A stretch of DNA of 63,901 nt, filler included, from Octopus bimaculoides (GCF_001194135.2; 6 parts of 6 records of this genome joined end to end with filler, not necessarily neighbours in it); one strand, 5' to 3'; numbered from the whole stretch's first letter, positions 26,421 through 39,140 are shown. A program made the numbers and translations. Notes: generated by a model from the sequence alone, not told the origin.

Positions 26421-27539
26421 CCGGAAAAAACAGCCAGGCAAACAAATTCATGAGTGTATACATATGAACATGTATGCACACACACACTCATTTATATATG
26501 ATGTAGAAAGAAACAGACCAGCAGATTAATTTACATGTATGTGCACATACACATGCATGCGTGTATACATATGTGTGTGTATGTGTGTGTGTATATATAT
26601 ATAATAAAATTGCTGTCATCCATGCACACAGGCTTTCCTTTGCATGTACTGGTGCCACATAAAATGCACTCGTGCTGGTGCTGTCAGGAGGCACGTAAGA
26701 AGCACCCAGCATTCACATTAGGAAGGGCATCCAGCCAGAGAAACCATGCCACAACAGACAATTGGAGTCTGGACAGCACCTTGGCTGGCCAGGCCCTGTC
26801 AAACCATCTAACCCATGCCAGCATGGAAAACAGAATGTTAAAAGATGATGATGATGGTGATATATATACATATATATAATTTCAAGGTTGTTAAGCTGAA
26901 GATTAATAGGATTATGCTCCCACAGTCTGAAAATGCTTCTTAAGGAATGTATATGATGTCCAAGCCTCGGGGTCTCCTTCTGCGGGTTACAGCTATATCG
27001 AGCAGAACTCATTTTACTGATAAGAGAAGGGGTGAAGGCTGGTTCAGTTAGCTTAATTCTTCGGCATTTAAAATGGCCATGTCCGGCCCAAATATTTTAT
27101 CTGTTCTATGTACAAACTAGCCAGATCCAGCCTTTCACACCGAGCCTACAATATCATTCTAAAAATAAACAATCACATTATTGAAATCTCAAAGCCACAA
27201 GATAAAGCATGATTGATTCAAAATAATGTGAATAAATAAACACTAGACAGTAATCTAAGTACTAGAGGCTTAAACCAGTTCTATCCGGCCCTAATATTCT
27301 GTTTTATATTCGAACCAGTCAAATCCAGCCTCTTACACTTTAAAAGTAAACGATCACATCATCGAAATCTTGAAACCACAAGATAAAGCAGGATTATTTC
27401 AAAACAGGATTATTTCCAGTAGACATCATGATGCTCCAAGAAATACAGAATTGGAAACTCTAGCAGAGATATGGTTTAAATAAGACTAGAGTATATGATG
27501 TTGAACCAGAAGAGACACCGGAAAATTACTGAAAGGATG

Positions 27540-28200
27540 TAGACACAATGTCAGAGTGATTTCAACTGATATGATATTCTCTCTTCAACAGGGACAAAAG
27601 AAATGCAGAGAGCAAAGACAACCACATTATGTTGGTTTTTGTTGACCTTGTGAGTAGAAATAGCCTATTCAAAATCCTCACTATCAGTGGCTGTCCCCAG
27701 ATGCTTCTTTGGCTTGATCAGTCATTCCACACAGACACGAAGGGCATTGTTCAGTTTGATAGCCTCAACACTCACCTAGCTGACACAAAAAAGCATCTGG
27801 GACACATACCAAGGTTTAGTTGCAGCCTACATGGCCCTTGTCCTTAACATACTATGACTACAGTGTGACCTGGAGTCCCCACTCTGGACAAGACTGGCAT
27901 CACAATGTCATAAACAGACTGAGTCAGTAGCAATGAGGTCCTGGCCTCTGTCTAGATACGCTGTCTCATCATGCTGTTCCGAAAACAACATCTCTGTTGG
28001 TTAAACTACATGTTCTGCGTTATATGAGGGAACTGGCTTCAAGCAAGAGCGCACAAAGATAACCTCATCTCATATCAAAGGTACCTGTATAAGAAATACG
28101 AAGCCACTGAATGGAGAAATTTGAGAGGCGAGAGGACGACGTAAGCAAAGACTTTCGCTGGAGGCAAGAACGAGATTGGGATTTAAAGTCTAAAAGTTAG
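27540..28200 (+). mobile_element. Heavily decayed RTE LINE RT fragments
   Basis: STDMIFSLQQGQKKCREQRQPHYVG.VDL, SFHTDTKGIVQFD, VSSNEVLA and ELASSK motifs, with stops and deletions. Confidence 0.7.
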
Positions 28201-28849
28201 AGAGAGTTGAGACTTAAAAAAGGTCTAAAACAACACCGGTGGGAAGCATTTTCATATGTAGTTACTGCAACCAGAAAAGTCATTCTAGAGTTGGCCTCTA
28301 CAGCCTCAACAGGCTTTTCTCTATCAACAGAGACTGAAGCAAGACCCTTCAGCTGCAGATCTATACTCTAGCATGACTAATGGATGCAACAACATGCATG
28401 TGTGTGTGTGTGTGTGTGTGTCTATGAAACATTAGTGTAGTAAACATTGTCAATTACATATATTTAATGTATTTGCTTTATGTAGTGTATTTTGAGTATG
28501 CGTGGTTGGTAATATTTATTATATGACCACTGCTTCTATTTCATACACACACACATATATATATATGAGTATACACACATACACAGAATATTTACAATCA
28601 AACACACACATTCAAAGAATTACGAATATATATATATATATATATATACACAGATGCAATTGAATATATGAAGATGCATACACACACGATACACATATAA
28701 GTATATATATATATATGGGATATATGTATATATATATGTACATACACATGATTCATGAAGATATGTGTGTGTGCGTGCGAGCATTTATAAAACAGTACAA
28801 GTAATTTTACTGTGTGGTCAACCAGCTGTTTGATTGTGTCCCTCTGCAG

Positions 28850-28930
28850 GCTTTGCTCAATCTCACCACATGGCAATTGACTCCAGTCAGACCAGTGAAA
28901 CCAAGAAACCAAAGACAACCTACATTATAA
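28850..28930 (+). CDS. Candidate terminal exon of the coiled-coil gene
   Basis: gtgtccctctgcAG acceptor. Phase 0 gives ALLNLTTWQLTPVRPVKPRNQRQPTL then TAA. AATAAA at 29191-29196. Confidence 0.45.
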   Translation, partial: ALLNLTTWQLTPVRPVKPRNQRQPTL

Positions 28931-29007
28931 ATTATCTCACATCGCTTAAAAAAAAACAAATGCATGACTGTGTTTCCTCTGAACCTTGTACTATATATTA
29001 TCAAGCA

Positions 29008-29045
<38 letters not shown>

Positions 29046-29408
29046 ACGTGTGTAAAATTGAACATGTATAGCAGTATTTGTTTGTCTATATGTACTTATA
29101 GATAATTCATAAAATCTTATAATATATATATTTGTAGTAATGGGGTGACACACATAGACATGCATGGATTCTCGTCTGAATTCTGTTAAAAATAAAACTA
29201 CATATCACAAAACTTTACTCACACACGCACACGCATATATATACACACACACACACACACGTATGTATATATATGTATGCATACATACATACGTATGTAC
29301 ATACATATGCATGTACATATATATATCTACATACATAGCACATATATACACACATTTAGATTATAAATATAAATACATACATATTTTATACATGCATATG
29401 TATGTATG

Positions 29409-29456
<48 letters not shown>

Positions 29457-29574
29457 TATTATATGCATTCATGTATATGACAGAGCATTAAGGTAAAAGA
29501 AATTGTTTGAGTATCGAGACTTAAAAGGAAATGCGGATGAGTGATGATTGACGTGTCATGATTTATGGAGTTCT

Positions 29575-29672
29575 TCAGTCAGATTCGTCCTCGGTGATGT
29601 TCACATAATCAGTCATATCTCTCCGTTTCGCCGTGCTGTGATCGTAACCATAACCGAAGTAGATGATGAAAC
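29575..29672 (-). CDS. SLC7A1-like: Cationic amino-acid transporter, last coding exon (13)
   Basis: atttAG acceptor. (G)FIIYFGYGYDHSTAKRRDMTDYVNITEDESD then TGA. Matches the CAT C-terminal IYFGYG..HS motif. Confidence 0.92.
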
Positions 29673-30518
29673 CTAAATAAGACGATAGAGAAACGTATGA
29701 TAATGGGTTACGAATGAGGTCACACACACAAGCAGACATAGATACTACTACTACTACTACTACTACTAGATGGTTATTATTATTATTATTATTAGACTTC
29801 CTTTCTCTATGNNNNNNNNNNNNNNNNNNNNNNNNNNNNNNNNNNNNNNNNNNNNNNNNNNNNNNNNNNNNNNNNNNNNNNNNNNNNNNNNNNNNNNNNN
29901 NNNNNNNNNNNNNNNNNNNNNNNNNNNNNNNNNNNNNNNNNNNNNNNNNNNNNNNNNNNNNNNNNNNNNNNNNNNNNNNNNNNNNNNNNNNNNNNNNNNN
30001 NNNNNNNNNNNNNNNNNNNNNNNNNNNNNNNNNNNNNNNNNNNNNNNNNNNNNNNNNNNNNNNNNNNNNNNNNNNNNNNNNNNNNNNNNNNNNNNNNNNN
30101 NNNNNNNNNNNNNNNNNNNNNNNNNNNNNNNNNNNNNNNNNNNNNNNNNNNNNNNNNNNNNNNNNNNNNNNNNNNNNNNNNNNNNNNNNNNNNNNNNNNN
30201 NNNNNNNNNNNNNNNNNNNNNNNNNNNNNNNNNNNNNNNNNNNNNNNNNNNNNNNATTGGAGGAGGGGAGGCGTTGGGAAGATGTGGGAAGGAGACTCAA
30301 GGAAAGGGATGGGGTGGGTCTGTCAGGGACAGATTGCATGTGTGTGTGTGTGTGTGTGTGTGTGTGGTGGGGTTGAAGCATGGGCATTAACAACAGGGGT
30401 CCATTCTATTACCTCCTACCACCACCGAATTTCCTCGGGGAGGGGGGGGGAAGAACAGCTATTTTGTCTTCTTTATAAATCAAAGAGAATTAACTAAGCA
30501 ATAAATGGCAGTACAAAC

Positions 30519-30627
30519 CAACAAACATCCAGACGGCAAATCGGATCCATGTGGAAACTGGCAATTTTAACATAAGATAGATATTCAATGCAGCACTAAT
30601 CTCAGGAATCATGGGTACGAATGGAAC
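30519..30627 (-). CDS. SLC7A1-like: Cationic amino-acid transporter, exon 12
   Basis: [36 protein letters not shown]; canonical AG/GT ends. Confidence 0.93.
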
Positions 30628-31346
30628 CTGCAAGTAGAAAGATTACATTACATAAAGGCTGGTAATGCTATTCTATAATTCGCGTGGCTTATTGGTTAGA
30701 GTATTCGCTTCACAATTGTAAGGTCCTCAGTTCAATTCCCGGTGATGATGTCTCCTCGCACAAAATTGCAGGCCTTGTGCCAAAATGTGAAACCATTATT
30801 ATCAAATGGATGTCTTATAAAAACCACTCCGTACATACAATAACAGCCGTACCAACAGCTGTATCAGGTTCCAGTCTGACTTGGTATGGTTTCTACTGCT
30901 GGCATTAGGAAGGGCATCTAGCCATAGAAACCATGCCAAATCAGACTTGAACCTGGTGTGTCTCTCCGGTTTACCAGTTCTGGTCGAACCATCTAAACCA
31001 TGTGAGCATGGAAAGCAGCTGTAACCCTCAGGCAGTTGTGAGGGACACAAAATCAAAACACACACATCATCATCATTGTTTAACATCCGCTTTCCATGCT
31101 AGCATGGGTTGGACGATTTGACTGAGGACTGGTGAAACTGGATGGCAACACCAGGCTCCAATCTAATTTGGCAGAGTTTCTACAGCTGGATGCCCTTCCA
31201 GTATATACACACACATATATATATATATATATATATGACGGGCTTCATTCAGCTTCCATTTACCAAATCCATTTACAAGGCCTGAGGCTTTCCCAGGATG
31301 CCACTGCAAAAAGGAAGAAATAATATAGAAATGTCATTCTGCTTAC

Positions 31347-31507
31347 TTTGAATGGAATGTCTGCAGTGTTGGATGGCTGCATAGCAATAATTACTATGCA
31401 AACAGTGATGAGGAATAAAAACTGAACAATCAGGTAGATGGCCCAGCCACTGGTCAGGTTGTCTTCAGCGAACACCAGGATAGCACACAAAGCAATAGCT
31501 GCAAGAC
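31347..31507 (-). CDS. SLC7A1-like: Cationic amino-acid transporter, exon 11
   Basis: Two hydrophobic helices ending QPSNTADIPFK; AG/GTAAG. Confidence 0.9.
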
Positions 31508-31628
31508 CTGTTAAAAGAAACAACAGTTTTAAATTTTGGTACAGGAACAGCAATCTTTCTCAGGCTCAAGACTCTGCCATTAGATTAAGTAATTAAATGA
31601 AGAACGAAGAGTGTTTGAGGATACTCAC

Positions 31629-31750
31629 TGAGTAACGAAGATGTAACGAGCACAATCTTCTCGGTGGTCTGGTTTGGTACATCCTGTTGACTTTTGAACA
31701 ACATCGCAAAGGAGAAACTCGGAGTAACTTTCTGCATATCTGTGTTGGGA
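31629..31750 (-). CDS. SLC7A1-like: Cationic amino-acid transporter, exon 10
   Basis: Strong pyrimidine tract and tAG acceptor, GTGAG donor. PNTDMQKVTPSFSFAMLFKSQQDVPNQTTEKIVLVTSSLL. Confidence 0.8.
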
Positions 31751-31851
31751 CTACAACGGAGCAAAGAGAAATTAGAGCGTATCATTTGGTGAGCAGGTAG
31801 GTTGGGGTGGGGTTTATGAAAGAACAACACTCAGAAGACTTATAGCAAAGG

Positions 31852-31892
<41 letters not shown>

Positions 31893-32907
31893 NNNNNNNN
31901 NNNNNNNNNNNNNNNNNNNNNNNNNNNNNNNNNNNNNNNNNNNNNNNNNNNNNNNNNNNNNNNNNNNNNNNNNNNNNNNNNNNNNNNNNNNNNNNNNNNN
32001 NNNNNNNNNNNNNNNNNNNNNNNNNNNNNNNNNNNNNNNNNNNNNNNNNNNNNNNNNNNNNNNNNNNNNNNNNNNNNNNNNNNNNNNNNNNNNNNNNNNN
32101 NNNNNNNNNNNNNNNNNNNNNNNNNNNNNNNNNNNNNNNNNNNNNNNNNNNNNNNNNNNNNNNNNNNNNNNNNNNNNNNNNNNNNNNNNNNNNNNNNNNN
32201 NNNNNNNNNNNNNNNNNNNNNNNNNNNNNNNNNNNNNNNNNNNNNNNNNNNNNNNNNNNNNNNNNNNNNNNNNNNNNNNNNNNNNNNNNNNNNNNNNNNN
32301 NNNNNNNNNNNNNNNNNNNNNNNNNNNNNNNNNNNNNNNNNNNNNNNNNNNNNNNNNNNNNNNNNNNNNNNNNNNNNNNNNNNNNNNNNNNNNNNNNNNN
32401 NNNNNNNNNNNNNNNNNNNNNNNNNNNNNNNNNNNNNNNNNNNNNNNNNNNNNNNNNNNNNNNNNNNNNNNNNNNNNNNNNNNNNNNNNNNNNNNNNNNN
32501 NNNNNNNNNNNNNNNNNNNNNNNNNNNNNNNNNNNNNNNNNNNNNNNNNNNNNNNNNNNNNNNNNNNNNNNNNNNNNNNNNNNNNNNNNNNNNNNNNNNN
32601 NNNNNNNNNNNNNNNNNNNNNNNNNNNNNNNNNNNNNNNNNNNNNNNNNNNNNNNNNNNNNNNNNNNNNNNNNNNNNNNNNNNNNNNNNNNNNNNNNNNN
32701 NNNNCACATGTGAATCGTTAGTGATTTTTTTTCCCTCCGTCTTCTTTTTCTGTTGGACTTCCCTCTGTTTCTGAAGAAGAGCTTTACTCAAAACATAAAA
32801 CCACCTTTCTTTCCTTCCCCGAGCATCTGCTAATACTTTAGATCTACCACATCCTCGCATTGTTGTTTTTTTGTGTTTGTTCTTCATTTTTTGGGATCTA
32901 CTATATA

Positions 32908-32950
<43 letters not shown>

Positions 32951-33282
32951 AAGGACACCCAGCCATGAAAACCATGCCAAAACAGACCTCACCAATGTTG
33001 CATAAGAAGCGCACAATCCACTCTGTAAAATGGTTGGCATAAAAAAGGCATCCAACTTTAGAAACCATGCTAAAACGGACATCACTGGTGTTGGTGCCAT
33101 GTAAAAAGCATCCAGTCCACTCTTTAAGGTGGCTGGCATTATGAAGAGCACCCAGCTGTAAAAGCCATGCCAAAACAGACAGTGGTGCTTGGTGCAATCC
33201 TAAGGCTTGCCCGCCAGCTCCTGTCAAACTGTCCAACCCAAGCCAGCATGGCAGATGGATGTCAAATGATGAATGTACTTAC

Positions 33283-33385
33283 CGTAGAATAACAACACAC
33301 TTGGCCACAAACGTGTAAGCTAGGAGAGTTCCAATGGACATCATATTCACCAGTTCAGTGAGATCAAAAATGAGAGCAGTCAGAC
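33283..33385 (-). CDS. SLC7A1-like: Cationic amino-acid transporter, exon 9
   Basis: [35 protein letters not shown] ([10 protein letters not shown] motif); AG/GTAAG. Confidence 0.95.
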
Positions 33386-34006
33386 CTGAAATAATGTAAG
33401 ATGGACATAAGGAGAATACATGAGAATGTTACTTGGACATTAATGGTTTCTAATAGAAGGTCATGAATTTATAGACAGGGAAATAAGTTAACCCTAAGTG
33501 GGTAGGGTGTTGGACTCATGATTGCAAGATTGCGGTTTCAATTCCTGTATCGGGTGATGTGTCGTGTTCTTGAGGAAAACACTTTGTTTCGCATTACTTC
33601 AGTCCACTCAGGTGGTAAAAATGAGTAATCCTGTGTTGGATTCATGATCATAAGATTGTGGTTTCAATTCCTGGACTCGGCAATGCACTGTGTTCTTGAG
33701 CAAAACACTTCATTTCACATTGCTCCTGTCCAATAAGCCGGCAAAAATGAGTAATCCTGTAACGGACTGGCATGCTCCCCAGGTGGAGAGACATTTAGAT
33801 AGACAGACAGAGAGAAGGAGACACACGCACACTTATAAGGTGATAGAGAGAGACACTTAGACAGGCAGAGAGAAGGAGAGAGATACAGACAGACTGAGGC
33901 ATACATATATGGTGACGTACAGAATCAAACAGTGAGAGAGAGATAAGGCAAGAGAGAGTTGTGGGGGGTGGGGTGGCAAGAGTGTGTGAAATTGGTAAAA
34001 ACCTAC

Positions 34007-34146
34007 CTGAAAACAATCCTGCAATCATAGTAGCTAGAACTGGTGTTTTGAATTTTTCAGAGACATTGGAGAAGACACCGAAAATGACTTTGTCTTCAGC
34101 CATTGCGTACACAACTCTAGGTAGAGGAAATATGGCACCAACCATA
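34007..34146 (-). CDS. SLC7A1-like: Cationic amino-acid transporter, exon 8
   Basis: (S)MVGAIFPLPRVVYAMAEDKVIF...KTPVLATMIAGLFS; AG/GT. Confidence 0.95.
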
Positions 34147-35092
34147 CTGAAAGAGAAACATTTATATATTAATTGATACATGTGTGTGTGTGTTCGTATG
34201 ATGGGCTCTCTCATTGAAGATGACGAGGGGGAGGGCACAAGTTGATTACATCAAACCCAGTGCTCAACAAGTACTCCATTACACATGTTTCATTTGCTAA
34301 TAGGAATTACAAAGATTTACATGTTAGATAGATATGTAAGGAATTTCCTATTAGAAACTTCAAATAAAGAACAATTATAATAATTATAATTACAATAACG
34401 TAATGGAGAATAAATAATACCAAAAGATTTCTATTTTTTTAATTTTATTATAAATTAACTCTGCAAATAGTTTTTTCCATAATTCTCAATTTTAATATGT
34501 ACTTTGACTCATATACATCACTAATTATTGATACATATTGATTTTAATATTGGAATAAGCAGATGTGCTTCAAGAGGAAACAACTGGGATTTATCCTAAC
34601 TAACTTATATATATGTATATACATATGTATATATATATATCCAAAATTAAGGAATGGAGCAGATGAAAATATGCTGAGACTCCCTTCGGTCATGACTGAC
34701 CATGGGATTGCACCAAGAAAGTTACCCTCCCAGGCACAAGTCCGGGCAAGGTTGTTTGTGGAAGACCAGCAGTCACCCATGCATATCAGCCTCCCCTCTC
34801 CACCCCACCAATGTTATCCAAGGGAAAGCAAGGGCCGATACAGTTTGGCACCTGTGACGTCGCAACTCATTTCTACAGCTGAGTGAACTGGAGCAACATG
34901 AAATAAAGTGTTTTGCTCAAGAACACTTTCACATAGCCCTGTTCAGGATTCGAACTCGTTACCTCAAGATCGTAAGCTCAATGCTCTAATCACTGAGCCA
35001 TGTGCCTTCAGCAGATGAAAATCCAGGCTACATATGTTCCATAGCTAGCAGAACATCAGAAGTAGTAATTACCCAAATGAGGGGTGATTTGC

Positions 35093-35296
35093 TAGCTACT
35101 CTTTTCGCCAAAGATACCTTAATCAAATGAAGTCCATGTTTGTTGTCAAGGGACCCCATGTTAACATGCAGAAGATTTGACTGAAAATGTGTGGAGGATG
35201 CATTTTTGCTCAGATCTTCTGCAAGTTAATATGGGGTTCCTTGACGATAACGTAAGCTTCATTTGATTAAGGTATATTCAGCCTAAGTAGTAGCTA
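35093..35296. repeat. About 204-bp foldback palindrome (MITE-like) in transporter intron 7
   Basis: Arm 35093-35180 is the reverse complement of arm 35210-35296 with scattered mismatches (e.g. ATACCTTAATCAAATGAAG / CTTCATTTGATTAAGGTAT). Confidence 0.9.
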
Positions 35297-35364
35297 CAGG
35301 ATTAGAAATAAACAAAACAAAGGAAAGAATAAAAGGGGTTATAAAACAAAGGGAGGTAACTCAC

Positions 35365-35587
35365 CTGGCAGTCAATGCACAAATGGCCCCCACGGCAATT
35401 ACATACTTTGCCGTATCCCAGCCGACTGCACTGAAGACGGCCGGGAGAGGTGCGTTGACGTCGAGCAGATAGTAAGGTGACATCATGGTCAGGACCATCG
35501 ACACGAAAAAGTAGAACAGGAACACAATGATCAGGGAGAGGATGATGCTGATGGGGATGGATTTCTGCGGGTTCTTTGCCTCCTCAC
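35365..35587 (-). CDS. SLC7A1-like: Cationic amino-acid transporter, exon 7
   Basis: [19 protein letters not shown]...[15 protein letters not shown]; AG/GTGAG. Confidence 0.96.
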
Positions 35588-35610
35588 CTGAAACATATAC
35601 GACAGGACAA

Positions 35611-36026
35611 GATGATGACATCGATGATGATGATGACATTGGTGATGGTTATAAGGATGATGATAGTGATGATGGTTCTGATGATGGTGGTGGTGGTGGT
35701 GGTGGTGATGGAGTTGGTGGTAGTGGTGATATTAGAAGTAGTGATGGTGTTGGAGTTGGTTAAGGTAGTAGTAGTGGTGGTGTTGCAGTTGGTTGTAGTG
35801 GTAGTAGTAGTACTAGTGGTGGTGTCAAGGTGGTGTGGTTATGGTGATAGTAGTGGTGGTGGTAGCAGTAATGGTGATGGAAGTAGTAGTTGTATTAAGT
35901 GGTGGTGGTGGTAATCGTGGTATTAGTAGTTGTGATAGTGTTGGAGTTCGTGGTGGCAGTAGTAATAGTGGTGTTGCAGCTGGTTGTAGTGGTAGAAGTT
36001 TTGAGGTGGTGTGATGGTGATGATGA

Positions 36027-36057
<31 letters not shown>

Positions 36058-36787
36058 GGTGGAAGTGATAGTAGTGGTATTAGTAGTGGTGGTGTTGGAG
36101 TTGGTCGTGGTGGTATGGTAGTGGTGGGCATGTTGGGTGGTGAGGGTGGTAGCAACATGGCAGCAGCAGCAGCAATACAGTCAGAGTGTAACTCACCAGT
36201 GGTAGCAATACAGTCAAATCCAACAAATCCATAGAAACATGTAGCAGCACCAGACAACATTCCGGAAACGCCATAAGGCATGAACCCACCTTTACCATAC
36301 TTAGCGGGTATCTGAAATAGACAAATGGACCCACGATAACTCATGTAAACCTACCGTCATTGTACCCTGGGGGTAGCTGAAATAGATGAAATCGAAATAA
36401 CCAACATGTAGCAGAGGATGAGATTATCGGATGCCGCTGTCAAAACCCCTTACATGCCTATCACTAAAGGGGTGATGATGACATCGATGATGATGATGAC
36501 ATTGGTGATGGTTATAAGGATGATGATAGTGATGATGGTTCTGATGATGGTGATGGTGGTGGTGGTGGTGATGGAGTTGGTGGTAGTGGTGATATTAGAA
36601 GTAGTGATGGTGTTGGAGTTGGTTATGGTAGTAGGAGTGGTGGTGTTGCAGTTGGTTGTAGTGGTAGTAGTAGTACTAGTGGTGGTGTCAAGGTGGTGTG
36701 GTTATGGTGATAGTAGTGGTGGTGGTAGCAGTAATGGTGATGGAAGTGGTAGTTGTATTAAGTGGTGGTGGTGGTAATCGTGGTATT
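35611..36787. repeat. Duplicated about 320-bp GAT/GGT/AGT block (35611-35935 and 36473-36787) on either side of exon 6
   Basis: The two blocks align base for base with a few substitutions (e.g. TTAAGGTAGTAGTAG versus TTATGGTAGTAGGAG). Confidence 0.9.
36197..36311 (-). CDS. SLC7A1-like: Cationic amino-acid transporter, exon 6
   Basis: [38 protein letters not shown] (TM6 FVGFD motif). Confidence 0.96.
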
Positions 36788-37641
36788 NNNNNNNNNNNNN
36801 NNNNNNNNNNNNNNNNNNNNNNNNNNNNNNNNNNNNNNNNNNNNNNNNNNNNNNNNNNNNNNNNNNNNNNNNNNNNNNNNNNNNNNNNNNNNNNNNNNNN
36901 NNNNNNNNNNNNNNNNNNNNNNNNNNNNNNNNNNNNNNNNNNNNNNNNNNNNNNNNNNNNNNNNNNNNNNNNNNNNNNNNNNNNNNNNNNNNNNNNNNNN
37001 NNNNNNNNNNNNNNNNNNNNNNNNNNNNNNNNNNNNNNNNNNNNNNNNNNNNNNNNNNNNNNNNNNNNNNNNNNNNNNNNNNNNNNNNNNNNNNNNNNNN
37101 NNNNNNNNNNNNNNNNNNNNNNNNNNNATGGACGGCACTGCCCTTTTTACTTTTCAATGGTGTACCCTCATATTTAGAAAATACAGTTTACAAAAATCTT
37201 CCTCCAAGGCATTTCTTGAAATCTGACTAACATGCTAGTTGCTAAGGGGGTGTACTGGACAGTACTGGCCCCCACTCACTATTCAATGGTGCACCCTCAG
37301 ACTTAGAAAATACAGATTACAAAAATCTTTTGCTACAATACAAATTAGTGACCACCCAGAATGTGCCAGTGGACTGGCCCTCGTACCAGTGGCACATAAA
37401 AAGCACCCACTACACTCTCGGAGTGGTTGGCGTTAGGAAGGGCATCCAGCTGTAGAAACTTTGCCAAACCAGAAAGTTACAGAAGCCCCACTGTACATTG
37501 TCAGGTGGAAAAAAAAAAGGTGGGATGGTCATGGAGAGAGAACACTTTTGATCAGAGATCTGCTGGATCACAGCTGACCTAGAATTAACCAGAACAACAA
37601 CAACAACAACAAGGGTTACGTTACAAAACAAACAAGTGTAC

Positions 37642-37781
37642 CTCGTCTGGAGTGAGTTGCCAGTTTTTCAGTTTCATCTGGAAGAATCCGCAAATGATGA
37701 CGTAGAGAAGTACAAGGAGGTTTATTATTGTGAAGACATTGTTGAACAAAGTTGACTGCTTCACACCGACCGTCAGCAAGA
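37642..37781 (-). CDS. SLC7A1-like: Cationic amino-acid transporter, exon 5
   Basis: (I)LLTVGVKQSTLFNNVFTIINLLVLLYVIICGFFQMKLKNWQLTPDE; AG/GT. Confidence 0.94.
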
Positions 37782-38679
37782 CTGGAAATGATGACAAAAA
37801 GAGAGAGAGACGTACATGTAGCTGTGTATAAGTGTGTGTTTATACACGTGTGAATGACTCAGTGAGTGTGTGTGCATGCATGCGTGTGAGTGAATGAGTG
37901 TGTGTGTGTATGTGTGAGTGAGTGTGCACGCACATGAGTGTGGTCTGTGCATGCGAGTGAACGAGTGTATGTGTGTGTGTGCATGCATGCATGTGTGTGT
38001 GTGAGTATGTGTGTGGTCTGTGCATGTGAGTGAACGAGTGTGTGCATGGTCTGTGCATGCACGTAAGCAAGCGTGTGTGCATGGGCGTGCGTGCACATGT
38101 GAGTGAGTGTATGTGTGTGTGTGTGTATTTGCATGCATGTAAGTGACTGTGTGTATGTGCTTGCGTCTGTGTTTCTCCCCCCACCAACGCTTCATAACCA
38201 GTGTTAGCATTTCCCAGAGCTTAGCAGTTTGACAAAAGAAAACTGATATAATAAATAACACTCTTGGAAAAAAGTATTAGGGTTGATTCATTTGACTAAA
38301 ATTCTTCAGAGACTGCCCCAGCATGGCCGTGGTCCAATGACTAAAACAAGTACAAGATATAGATTACCGTTTCCTTGAGTGGCATTCATTGATCCATATT
38401 GTTACTGATAGTATTTTTCTAGTTGTGGTTCTACTTTGTTTAAAATCTGACTGGAAAATTCTCGACAATTATTTCCTCCATGTTGGTTCTTAGTCATGTG
38501 TGTAAAACATGATTAATGATTAATGAGTGTAAAACAGGATTAATGAGCTATGCACTATTGCGCATGAATGATAACCCTGTGTGAGTTTCTGAAAAACTGC
38601 TGTTTTCTTTCTTTGAGGTTGCTACTGATAGAGGAGAGAGGGACAGAGAGAACGGAGGAGAGAAGTGAGAGGACATCTG

Positions 38680-39140
38680 TCTGTCTGTCTGTTTGTCTAT
38701 CCATTTATCTATCTGAACAAGCAGGCAGGTAGACAGACAGACAGACAGATAGATAGGTCAGACAGGCAGATAGACAGACAGACAGATATATAGACAGACA
38801 GATAGATAGATAGATAGATAAACAGACAGACAGACAGATAGATAGACAGACAGACAGGCAGATAGACAGACAGACAGGCAGATAGATAGGTCAGACAGAC
38901 AGACAGGCAGATAGATAAACAGACAGACAGGCAGATAGATAAACAGACAGACAGGCAGATAGACAGACAGACAGGNNNNNNNNNNACAGACAGGCAGATA
39001 GATAGGTCAGACAGACAGACAGGCAGATAGATAAACAGACAGACAGGCAGATAGATAGATAAACAGACAGACAGGCAGATAGATAGATAAACAGACAGAC
39101 AGGCAGATAGATAGACAGACAGACAGATAGAGAGGGAGAG
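38680..39140. repeat. Complex (GACA/GATA/GGCA)n tetranucleotide array
   Basis: Directly visible. A related GCTA/GATA array lies at 39560-39720. Confidence 0.9.

Noticed and set aside
31124-31141. CTGAGGA-ctggt-GAAAC in the RTE-tail SINE (also 20560-20582 minus, 60539)
   Set aside because: Only 5 nt lie between the core boxes with no helix II pair, and there is no helix I complement; not a hammerhead.
32771-32800. CTGAAGA-aGAGctttaCTC-AAAAC and similar relics at 3830-3860 (minus) and 46660-46700 (minus)
   Set aside because: Core nucleotides are mutated and there is no UH plus helix I; at best dead remnants of PLE-type ends.
33490-33790. tRNA-like sequences (also 19825, 30680, 49760, 58125)
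   Set aside because: Decayed SINE heads without a complete cloverleaf or acceptor stem; not tRNA genes.
33385-35365. Looked for a second, mutually exclusive copy of exon 8 as in mammalian CAT-2A/2B
   Set aside because: Only one such exon is present, and these two introns have no gaps that could hide another.
37860-38160. Three spaced copies of GTGTGGTCTGTGCATG.GAGTGAACGAGTGT resembling a repeat-spacer array
   Set aside because: The spacers are (TG)n-type simple sequence in a eukaryotic intron; this is a minisatellite, not CRISPR.
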